From the NCBI GenBank assembly GCA_041320515.1, contig JBGLNR010000001.1, positions 742,201 through 806,200 of the forward strand: a DNA stretch of 64,000 bases. The letters run 5' to 3'. Both the position numbers and the translations under genes were made by a program. Origin of the DNA: Planctomycetota bacterium (GTDB taxonomy: Bacteria > Planctomycetota > PUPC01 > DSUN01). Under the pieces are notes generated by a model. It had not been told where the DNA came from, searched no databases, and saw only the letters and a program-made list of their open reading frames with translations. This document shows positions 53,802 to 60,647 of this stretch, one piece after another. Each line of letters begins with the position of its first letter. Position 1 is the stretch's first letter.

Positions 53802-55331
53802 GTGGAACATGGCGGGCCATTGCCAGTGAGAGCGCTCCTCCTTTCTGCCCCCTTCGTGCCCGAGTACATGCGGAATGCCCGCTGCGACTTCGTGTCGCTC
53901 TCGGCCACGCAATGGTATCCCATTCTCCTCGGCTACTGCGGCGCGTGGCTCGAGGCCCAAGGCCACGCGGTCAAGCTGGTGGATGCTCCCGCCCACTACC
54001 TGGACCACGAGGCCACGCGGCGGATCGTCCGCGAGTTCCGCCCCGATCTGCTCGTGCTATACACCGGCCGCCTGAGCGAGCAGAACGACCTGGATTTCGC
54101 CGAGCCGCTCGTCGAGGAGCTGGGCTGCGACGCCGTGATCGTCGGCCCCTTCGCCTCGATTGGCCCCGAGGCCACGCTCTCGAAGGCCCGCGTCATCACC
54201 AAACTCGTCGTCGGCCAGTTCGAGCACCCCGTGGCCGAACTGGCCGCGGGGCGCCCCCACGCCGAAGTGCGCAATCTGGTGTATAGGACAAGTGCCTCGC
54301 CCTCCCAACCCCTCTCCCTTCCAGGGAGAGGGCAGGGTGAGGGTTGGGGTCTGGGACTGCACGGGCCCCAACCCTCCCCCCACCCCCTCCCTGAGAGGGA
54401 GGGGGGTGATGCTATCGTCCGCAACCCAGTCCGCCCCTATCTCACGACTGAGGAGCTGGACGCCATTCCCTTCGTCTCGCGCTTCCTGGCGAGCCAGGTG
54501 GACCTCCGGCGCTACAAGACGCCCTCCGAGCTGTTCCCCTACATGGACCTCCTGACCGGCCGCGGCTGCTGCTACGGCCACTGCACGTATTGCCTCTGGG
54601 TCCACACCTACGTCTGCGGCACGAACTACAGCGTCCGCTCGATTGGCAACGTGATCGAGGAGTTCCGCTTCATCGACCGCGAGCTGCCGCACGTGCGCTC
54701 GGTGATGATTCAGGACGACACGTTTCCCGAGGCCCGCGCCCGCGAGTTCAGCGAGGCGAAGCTCGCGGCGGGCCTTCGCCTCCCCTGGTCGTGCTACGCC
54801 CGCGGCAACATGGGCCTCGACGTGCTCAAGCTGATGAAGCGGGCCGGCTGCCGCAACCTGCACGTCGGCTACGAATCGGGCGACCCCGAGGTGCTCCAGC
54901 GCATCAAGAAAGGCGTCACGGTCGAGCGCATGACGGAGTTCACCGACGACGCCAAGCGGGCCGGCCTGCGCATCCACGGCGACTTCGCCGTCGGCTTCCC
55001 GGGCGAGACGCCTGAGTCGTTCGAGAAGACCATCGCCTGGGCGAAACGGCTCGACCCCTACACCGCTCAGTTCCAGCTCATGATCCCCTTTCCCGGCACG
55101 CCCTATCATGACATGATGAAGGAGCAGGGGTGGCTGAACGCGCGGGGCGAGCCCGACATGCCGCAGTTCCCGAACGAGCGGATTCGCGCGATGGCGAAGC
55201 GGGCCTACCGCCGCTTCTACCTCACGCCCCGCTACCTGTGGAAGTGCCTCTGCCACCCCTACGACCGCGTGCTACTGCGGCTGAAGACCATGGTGCGGGC
55301 CATTCCCGCCATGTTCTGGCGACGTTGGTGA
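53802..55331 (+). CDS. B12-binding-domain radical SAM enzyme carrying an in-frame REP-like insertion
   Basis: Cluster motif GRGCCYGHCTYCLW. Residues ...[37 protein letters not shown]... are encoded by the type A repeat at 54297..54408. Confidence 0.9.
   Translation: MEHGGPLPVRALLLSAPFVPEYMRNARCDFVSLSATQWYPILLGYCGAWLEAQGHAVKLVDAPAHYLDHEATRRIVREFRPDLLVLYTGRLSEQNDLDFAEPLVEELGCDAVIVGPFASIGPEATLSKARVITKLVVGQFEHPVAELAAGRPHAEVRNLVYRTSASPSQPLSLPGRGQGEGWGLGLHGPQPSPHPLPEREGGDAIVRNPVRPYLTTEELDAIPFVSRFLASQVDLRRYKTPSELFPYMDLLTGRGCCYGHCTYCLWVHTYVCGTNYSVRSIGNVIEEFRFIDRELPHVRSVMIQDDTFPEARAREFSEAKLAAGLRLPWSCYARGNMGLDVLKLMKRAGCRNLHVGYESGDPEVLQRIKKGVTVERMTEFTDDAKRAGLRIHGDFAVGFPGETPESFEKTIAWAKRLDPYTAQFQLMIPFPGTPYHDMMKEQGWLNARGEPDMPQFPNERIRAMAKRAYRRFYLTPRYLWKCLCHPYDRVLLRLKTMVRAIPAMFWRRW
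54297..54408. repeat. type A double-hairpin REP-like element inside a CDS
   Basis: CCCCTCTCCCTTCCAGGGAGAGGG ... CCCTCCCTGAGAGGGAGGGG. Hairpin order is swapped relative to the copy at 24731. Confidence 0.9.
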
Positions 55332-55416
55332 GGAGTGTGTGGTGACGGATTTGCGCGGCTGGGCACACTAGAAACCAAACCCAGCGGTCGGCGGACTCTA
55401 CGTCCAGGGCCGCCAC

Positions 55417-56172
55417 GTGGACCCCTGGGGCTACACGTGGGAGAACATCGCCGAAGGCATGGACGCCTATCCCGCCGTCCACAACGTCCCGACGCGGGCG
55501 GACGTTCACACGCTCAAGGCGCCCGAGGTCCACGACGGCATGCCCCACGGCTTCATGTACATGCGCCTCTTCTACCTGCGCGGCTTCGAGGAGCTGATGG
55601 TGGACTTCGCCGAGGAGCCGCCCGAACTCCAAATGCTCATTGACATCGTGCTCGACTACAACGTGAAGGAACTCGAGTACAAGATCGAGCAAATGAAGCC
55701 TGGCGAGAAGATGGTGTACTTCGGCGACGACCTCGGGATGCAGCACGCGTTGCCGATGGGGCCGTACAAGTGGCGGAAGTACCTCAAGCCCTGCTTCATG
55801 AAGCTCTACCGCCGCTGCAAAGAGGTCGGCTGGTGGGTCTACATGCACACCGACGGCCATTGCTGGGAGATCATCCCCGACCTCAAGGAATGCGGCGTAG
55901 ACGTCATCAACCCCCAGTTCCGCGCGAACGGCCTCGACAACCTGGTCCTCACCTGCAAGGGGAGCATCTGCGTGAGCCTGGACCTCGACCGGCAGATGAT
56001 GCCCTTCGTCGGCCCTGCGGAGCTTGACGCCCACATCCGCGAGTGCGTCTCGCGGCTCGGCGCGCCGGAGGGCGGGCTGTGGATCAGTGCCGAGGTCGGC
56101 CCCGACGTCCCCCTCGAGAACGTCGAGGCCATCTGCGCCGCCCTCGAGGAGTACCGCGCCTACTTCCGCTGA
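55417..56172 (+). CDS. uroporphyrinogen-decarboxylase (URO-D/MtaA-like) family protein, probably 5'-truncated
   Basis: GTG start per the ORF track. The frame is open and coding-like back to a TAG at 55368 with no earlier start. URO-D-like C-terminal two-thirds (VYFGDDLGMQ, MHTDGH, VINPQ). Family members are usually about 330-360 aa. Confidence 0.6.
   Translation: MDPWGYTWENIAEGMDAYPAVHNVPTRADVHTLKAPEVHDGMPHGFMYMRLFYLRGFEELMVDFAEEPPELQMLIDIVLDYNVKELEYKIEQMKPGEKMVYFGDDLGMQHALPMGPYKWRKYLKPCFMKLYRRCKEVGWWVYMHTDGHCWEIIPDLKECGVDVINPQFRANGLDNLVLTCKGSICVSLDLDRQMMPFVGPAELDAHIRECVSRLGAPEGGLWISAEVGPDVPLENVEAICAALEEYRAYFR
56080..56172. repeat. direct repeat copy 1 (native 3' end of the URO-D-like gene)
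   Basis: TGGATCAGTGCCGAGGTCGGCCCCGACGTCCCCCTCGAGAACGTCGAGGCCATCTGCGCCGCCCTCG... recurs at 56823. Confidence 0.9.
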
Positions 56173-56336
56173 GAGGAACCCCGCGCCGTCACCCCCGACA
56201 CCTGCCACCCGACACCCAACACCGACTTCGTCCGCGCCCCCCCTACAGCTTGTGGCTCACGCCGTGCCACACCACATCTTGCAGACTCGGCAGACTCGGC
56301 AGAGTCGGCAGGTTGCTCGGGCGGCGGTGCCAGGCA

Positions 56337-56480
56337 TTAACCAATCAGCCGAGTCGGGCGCCACATGTCGTGGCTGGTCACACTACACACCACAATCAAC
56401 CCCTGCAGCTCGCCCAACTCGTCCAAGTGAGCACCTCTGCGGCGGGGGTGCCTCGCCAGCTCAATGTGATCCCATGGGGT
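56337..56480 (-). pseudogene. RelE/ParE-family toxin remnant downstream of phd
   Basis: The frame following the phd stop reads ...IELARHPRRRGAHLDELGELQGL..., like the central ...ENPRPRGAKKLKG.L.G... of RelE/ParE. There is no start codon and the C-terminus is degenerate. Confidence 0.35.
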
Positions 56481-56483
56481 AGC

Positions 56484-56690
56484 TCAGAGCCGCCCCTCCT
56501 TCTTCAGGCCCGCGCGAATGTCGGCATATGGCCGGAAGCTGCCCCCTGCGCGCACCGCCTCGTCGAGTGCCAGGGCGTCCTCCAGCTCCTCCACGTGGCG
56601 GAGCAGGCGGCGGTAGGCCCGCACGTCCAGCATCACCGCCGTGGGCCGCCCGTCCCCGGCGACCACGTACCGCTCTTTCAGATCGATCAT
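56484..56690 (-). CDS. Phd/YefM-family antitoxin
   Basis: MIDLKERYVVAGDGRPTAVMLDVRAYRRLLRHVEELEDALAL is a typical Phd/YefM fold sequence. Confidence 0.8.
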   Translation of the reverse strand: MIDLKERYVVAGDGRPTAVMLDVRAYRRLLRHVEELEDALALDEAVRAGGSFRPYADIRAGLKKEGRL

Positions 56691-56822
56691 CGCTCACGCC
56701 TCCTGCGGCAACTCGCCAAGCTCCGCCACGTTAGCTACGCGTCGTCAAGCCCCTTGTCGCTCCACATCCCTATCATACGGCCCTGCCCTTTCCGCCACAA
56801 GCCGCTTGTTCACAGCGGCCCC

Positions 56823-56915
56823 TGGATCAGCGCCGAGGTCGGCCCCGACGTCCCCCTCGAAGACGTCGAGGCCATCTGCGCCGCCCTCGGAAGACACCAA
56901 GCCTACTTCAGATGA
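56823..56915. repeat. direct repeat copy 2 (displaced duplicate of the URO-D-like 3' end, including a stop)
   Basis: 67 nt with 3 mismatches to 56080..56146, then a diverged tail encoding ...GRHQAYFR* versus ...EEYRAYFR*. Confidence 0.9.
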
Positions 56916-57100
56916 TCACCACCCATGCTCTGGTGCAGCCGTTGAGGGGGCCTATTCGAGCTGGCCGCTTCGGGAAGCGGCCAGCTCGAGGCACTCCCGC
57001 ACCAGTTGACAACGGGACGCGCAACGAATAGAGTGGGCGTGTATGGCAGGCTAGGGTACGGGCGTTGTGGAATCGCGCTTTGGGGCCACGGGGTAGCCGG

Positions 57101-58573
57101 ATGAAGTTCCTCATCGACACGAATGTCTTCATACCCCTTGAACCTGCCGGTGAATCGGACATCCAAGCCCGTACGACAGGGGCCGTCGAGCTTGCGCGCC
57201 TCGTCGCCATGGCCAGGGGCCAACTGTATGTGCATCCGGCGCAGCGCGAGGATATCGAGCGCGACCGCAACGAAGAGCGGCTGAGACTGAGAAGGATGCT
57301 CTTTGGCAAGTACCCGTGTCTCCCAATGCCCCCCGCCATCTCGCCCGAGTTGGAGGCCAAGGTCGGCCATGCCGAGCCGGGGTCGAATGATTGGGTGGAC
57401 CACCAGCTACTGGCGGGTCTTCACGCCGATGCCGTAGACTTCCTCGTCACGGACGACCTCCGGCTTCGCAAGAAAGCCGGCCGGCTCGGACTGGGAAGGC
57501 GTGTTGCCTCAGTTGCTGAGGCGGTCTCCATTGTCAGCGACCTCTTCGACACTGTGCCGGCTCCTCCTCCGGCAGTGCAGAGCGTCAAGGCATACTGCCT
57601 CAACCAGACGGACCCGATCTTCGATGGCCTGCGGAAGGACTACCCCGGTTTCGATAGCTGGCTTGCCAAGTGTAAGCGAGAGCACAGGCAGGCGTGGATG
57701 ATCAGTGTGACAGGAACGACCGGGCTGGCCGCCGTTTCCATCGTCAAGTCAGAGGGTTCCGTCAGTTTCCTGCCAGGTGTGAAGGTCCTGAAAGTCTGCA
57801 GTTTCAAGGTCTCCGAACGATGCAACGGCTTCCGTTTCGGCGAATTGCTTCTCAAGGCGATCTTCACCTACGCGGAAGACAACGGGTACGATTGGCTCTA
57901 CGTGACAGTGTTCGAGAAGTACCCGTCGCTGCTCTCGTTCCTACAGGAGTTCGGTTTCGAGGCAGTAGATCATAGGACCGAGTTGGGCGAGAGCTGCTTG
58001 GCAAAGCCAATGCGGTTCACACAGGCCGAATTCAGCGCCCTCGCGCCTCTGGCGTTCAATATCCGGTTTGGCCCGTCTGCCGCCAGGTTCGTCGGGGCCC
58101 CCACGTTCGTAGTGCCGATTCTGCCCATGTACCACTCGGTGCTCTTCCCCGAAGCAGAGAAGCAGCTTGAGCTGATGCCGGGCGTTCATCCGTGCGGGAA
58201 TAGCATCAGGAAGGCTTACCTCTCCAGGGGGCCGATACGGACGATCACCCCAGGCGCGAACCTGCTCTTCTATCGCTCGGAGGACAAACAGCACGTCGTG
58301 ATGACAGGCGTCGCAGAGGACACGCTCGTATCGTCCTCCCCTGAAGTCATCGCGAGGTACGTGGGCAAGCGCACTGTCTACACCTATGACGAGATCCGTC
58401 GAATGTGTCAGCGCGACGTGCTGGCCATCTTGTTCAGGCAGTCCCGCACTATTCGGACCCCGATTCGCCTGGACGAGCTTCGAGCCTGTGGTGTCCTCTC
58501 CGCCGCTCCGCAGTCCATCGTCACCGTGCCTGAGGAGGCAAAGGAATGGCTTCAGACCCGGGTGCTAGGGTAG
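57101..58573 (+). CDS. PIN domain - GNAT acetyltransferase - ASCH/PUA-like domain fusion protein (490 aa)
   Basis: - PIN: MKFLIDTNVFIPLEP ... DFLVTDD.
- GNAT: ...KVCSFKVSERCNGFRFGELLLKAIFTYAEDNGYDWLYVTVFE...LQEFGFE.
- C-terminal about 170 aa is colinear with the downstream ASCH protein (VPILP.../...PQSIVTV versus LPIRP.../...PQSFAYL).
- Visibly lower GC than the flanks. Confidence 0.75.
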   Translation: MKFLIDTNVFIPLEPAGESDIQARTTGAVELARLVAMARGQLYVHPAQREDIERDRNEERLRLRRMLFGKYPCLPMPPAISPELEAKVGHAEPGSNDWVDHQLLAGLHADAVDFLVTDDLRLRKKAGRLGLGRRVASVAEAVSIVSDLFDTVPAPPPAVQSVKAYCLNQTDPIFDGLRKDYPGFDSWLAKCKREHRQAWMISVTGTTGLAAVSIVKSEGSVSFLPGVKVLKVCSFKVSERCNGFRFGELLLKAIFTYAEDNGYDWLYVTVFEKYPSLLSFLQEFGFEAVDHRTELGESCLAKPMRFTQAEFSALAPLAFNIRFGPSAARFVGAPTFVVPILPMYHSVLFPEAEKQLELMPGVHPCGNSIRKAYLSRGPIRTITPGANLLFYRSEDKQHVVMTGVAEDTLVSSSPEVIARYVGKRTVYTYDEIRRMCQRDVLAILFRQSRTIRTPIRLDELRACGVLSAAPQSIVTVPEEAKEWLQTRVLG

Positions 58574-59001
58574 CTCTGTTACCCATTCGCCCCAGATTCG
58601 CCCGTTCAATCATGAGTGGTCAGAAAAAGGTCGAGTTCCGCAAAGTCAGGTTCAGGAGGAATGTCTCGCACGTCGTTGTCTATGCCAGTAGCCCCGTCAA
58701 GCGGGTGCTTGGCTACTTTCATGTAGCTGAGATACATGAAGCACCGCCGGCGGTTCTGTGGGCTCGCTACGCAGATGTAGGCGGGCTGGACCGCGACGAG
58801 TTCTGGGCCTATTACGCGTCCACGGGCGAGGGCGTGGCAATTGGCATCGGAGAAGTAAGAGGCCTAGTCGAGCCGCTGCCCCTCAGCACACTCGGCTCCC
58901 GGATGCGGGCACCACAGAGCTTCGCGTATCTCGCCGATGGGGCGTTCAACAAGCTCCTTGACCGCCTGCAACGCCGCGCGGGGGCGGGCCATAGCCCATA
59001 G
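58546..59001 (+). CDS. ASCH-domain (PUA-like fold) protein
   Basis: 151 aa. LLPIRPRFARSIMSGQKKVEFRK... is a typical ASCH N-terminus. 28-nt overlap with the upstream gene. Confidence 0.7.
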   Translation: MASDPGARVALLPIRPRFARSIMSGQKKVEFRKVRFRRNVSHVVVYASSPVKRVLGYFHVAEIHEAPPAVLWARYADVGGLDRDEFWAYYASTGEGVAIGIGEVRGLVEPLPLSTLGSRMRAPQSFAYLADGAFNKLLDRLQRRAGAGHSP

Positions 59002-59134
59002 ATCCCCGGGACCGCACCCGGAGAGTTCGGGGGGCCGGATAACTGGCAGATCCTATGCTCGCCCCCCTGGACATCACAGCGCGTGGGGTCTCACGTCGCC
59101 TTGGCAGATGGATGCCGTCGCGAACGCGCGCCGC

Positions 59135-60466
59135 TCAGGTAGCCGTGTCCAGCACGGTCGCGCCTTCCTTCAGCGGGAATGCGCAGTAGGTGGCCTTGCC
59201 CTCGACGAGGTAGGTGCCGCTGCGGAAGTCGCGGCGGGAGGCGACTTGGCGGAGGTCGGCGCCGCCCACCTTGACCCCCTTTGCCACGCAATCGTCGAGC
59301 TTGAGGGTGAAGTTCGCCGTGGGGAACTTGGTGGTGATGGTGACCCGGTCGTGTGGCACAGGCGCCCCCGCCTGTGCATCCACAGCCGAGGGCGGCTGTG
59401 CCACATGCCCCACAGCCGGGGCGGCTGTGCTACACGCAATGTCGGACAGTTCGCGGGCCATCCAGTAGTGGCCGATCTCGGAGTTCTTCATCCAGAGGGT
59501 CTTCGTCTTGTCGGGGTCGTAGGCATCGAGGCGGCGCTTGACGGTCTTGAGGACGCCGAAGCCGAATTCCTCGCCCTCGAAGTAGAAGCCGGGCCAGTGG
59601 CCGCAGAGGACGCAGGGGAGTTCCTTCTCGAGGACGGCGGGCAGGCGCCCGCCCTTGAGGTCCTCGGTGATGAAGCGGTCGGGGTCGCCCTTGTCGAAGC
59701 CTGTCCACGAGCCGAACCAGTCGCCGGCGCAGGCCCAGACGCTGGCGATGGCGATGCCCTTGTCCTTCTGCACGTGCCAGAGGGGGACGCTCGGGGGCTT
59801 CTTGTCGTCGAGCCACAGGAAGTAGAATGGCCGCGGGTTGTTGTTCACGCGGAGCGCGGCGTCGAGGATGGCCTTCGAGTAGGCCGCCTCCTTTTTCTTG
59901 CCGAATGCGCCGGGGCTGGTGACGCCCTCGCAGGGGATGCCGGCGTTCTTGAGAAGCTGCATCGCCGTGGCGATGTAGTCGGTGAGCGGCTCGACGGGCG
60001 GGTCGTACCACTCGACTTGCTCCCACTGGTTCGTGAGCGTCATCGTCTTGATGTCCACGACGTGCGAGTGGGTGAGCATTTCGGGCGTGAGGTCGAAGTT
60101 GGGCCAGATGATCTCTTTCGTGAGCTTCAGCCAGTCGGTGAGCAGGTGGCGCGGGTGGTCGGGGAAGCCCTGGTCAACTCGCCCCTGGCCGGCGGGGAAG
60201 GGGACGAATGAGAACTTGCCGCGAATGCCCTGCTCGCCGCACCACTCGCCCCACTTCTTCGCGAAGTCCACGGGGATGGTGCGGGAGAGCTTGGGCACGA
60301 TGGGATTGCCCTCCCAGCGGGCCGGCGGCAGGTCGGGGCGGTGCTTCGGCCGCCAGGCGAGCCATTGTTGCATCCAGTAGTAGGTCAGGTTGATGACGGG
60401 GCACGAGTCGTCAATGATCAGCGACAGGGGCGTGCGAAGGAGGGGGTTGCAGACGGTGGCGTTCAT
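59135..60466 (-). CDS. conserved hypothetical protein (possible carbohydrate-active/deacetylase-like fold) with an in-frame triple-hairpin insertion
   Basis: 443-aa ORF with good GC3 bias. Residues ...STAAPAVGHVAQPPSAVDAQAGAPVPHD... are encoded by the type B repeats at 59353..59436. Function not recognised. Confidence 0.6.
   Translation of the reverse strand: MNATVCNPLLRTPLSLIIDDSCPVINLTYYWMQQWLAWRPKHRPDLPPARWEGNPIVPKLSRTIPVDFAKKWGEWCGEQGIRGKFSFVPFPAGQGRVDQGFPDHPRHLLTDWLKLTKEIIWPNFDLTPEMLTHSHVVDIKTMTLTNQWEQVEWYDPPVEPLTDYIATAMQLLKNAGIPCEGVTSPGAFGKKKEAAYSKAILDAALRVNNNPRPFYFLWLDDKKPPSVPLWHVQKDKGIAIASVWACAGDWFGSWTGFDKGDPDRFITEDLKGGRLPAVLEKELPCVLCGHWPGFYFEGEEFGFGVLKTVKRRLDAYDPDKTKTLWMKNSEIGHYWMARELSDIACSTAAPAVGHVAQPPSAVDAQAGAPVPHDRVTITTKFPTANFTLKLDDCVAKGVKVGGADLRQVASRRDFRSGTYLVEGKATYCAFPLKEGATVLDTAT
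59353..59436. repeat. three consecutive type B hairpins (CACAGGCG-N5-CGCCTGTG, CACAGCCG-N4-CGGCTGTG, CACAGCCG-N3-CGGCTGTG)
   Basis: The same hairpin family occurs at 19955..20030, 23518..23556 and 49597..49627. 63544..63615 is a related long inverted repeat. Confidence 0.9.
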
Positions 60467-60647
60467 CGGCGTTCTCGCTTTGCGGCAAGGGCACTCCCGG
60501 AATGCAGTATAGCCGGGAACACGGCGATTTCAAGCGGCGGAGCAGGCGCATTCTGGCCTTGCGGGACCGCTGGCCTCGGAATAGAATGGTGGGATGGGGA
60601 GCAGGGGCCGCGTCCTTTTGGGCCGAGTCACGAGGGATCACACGCCG

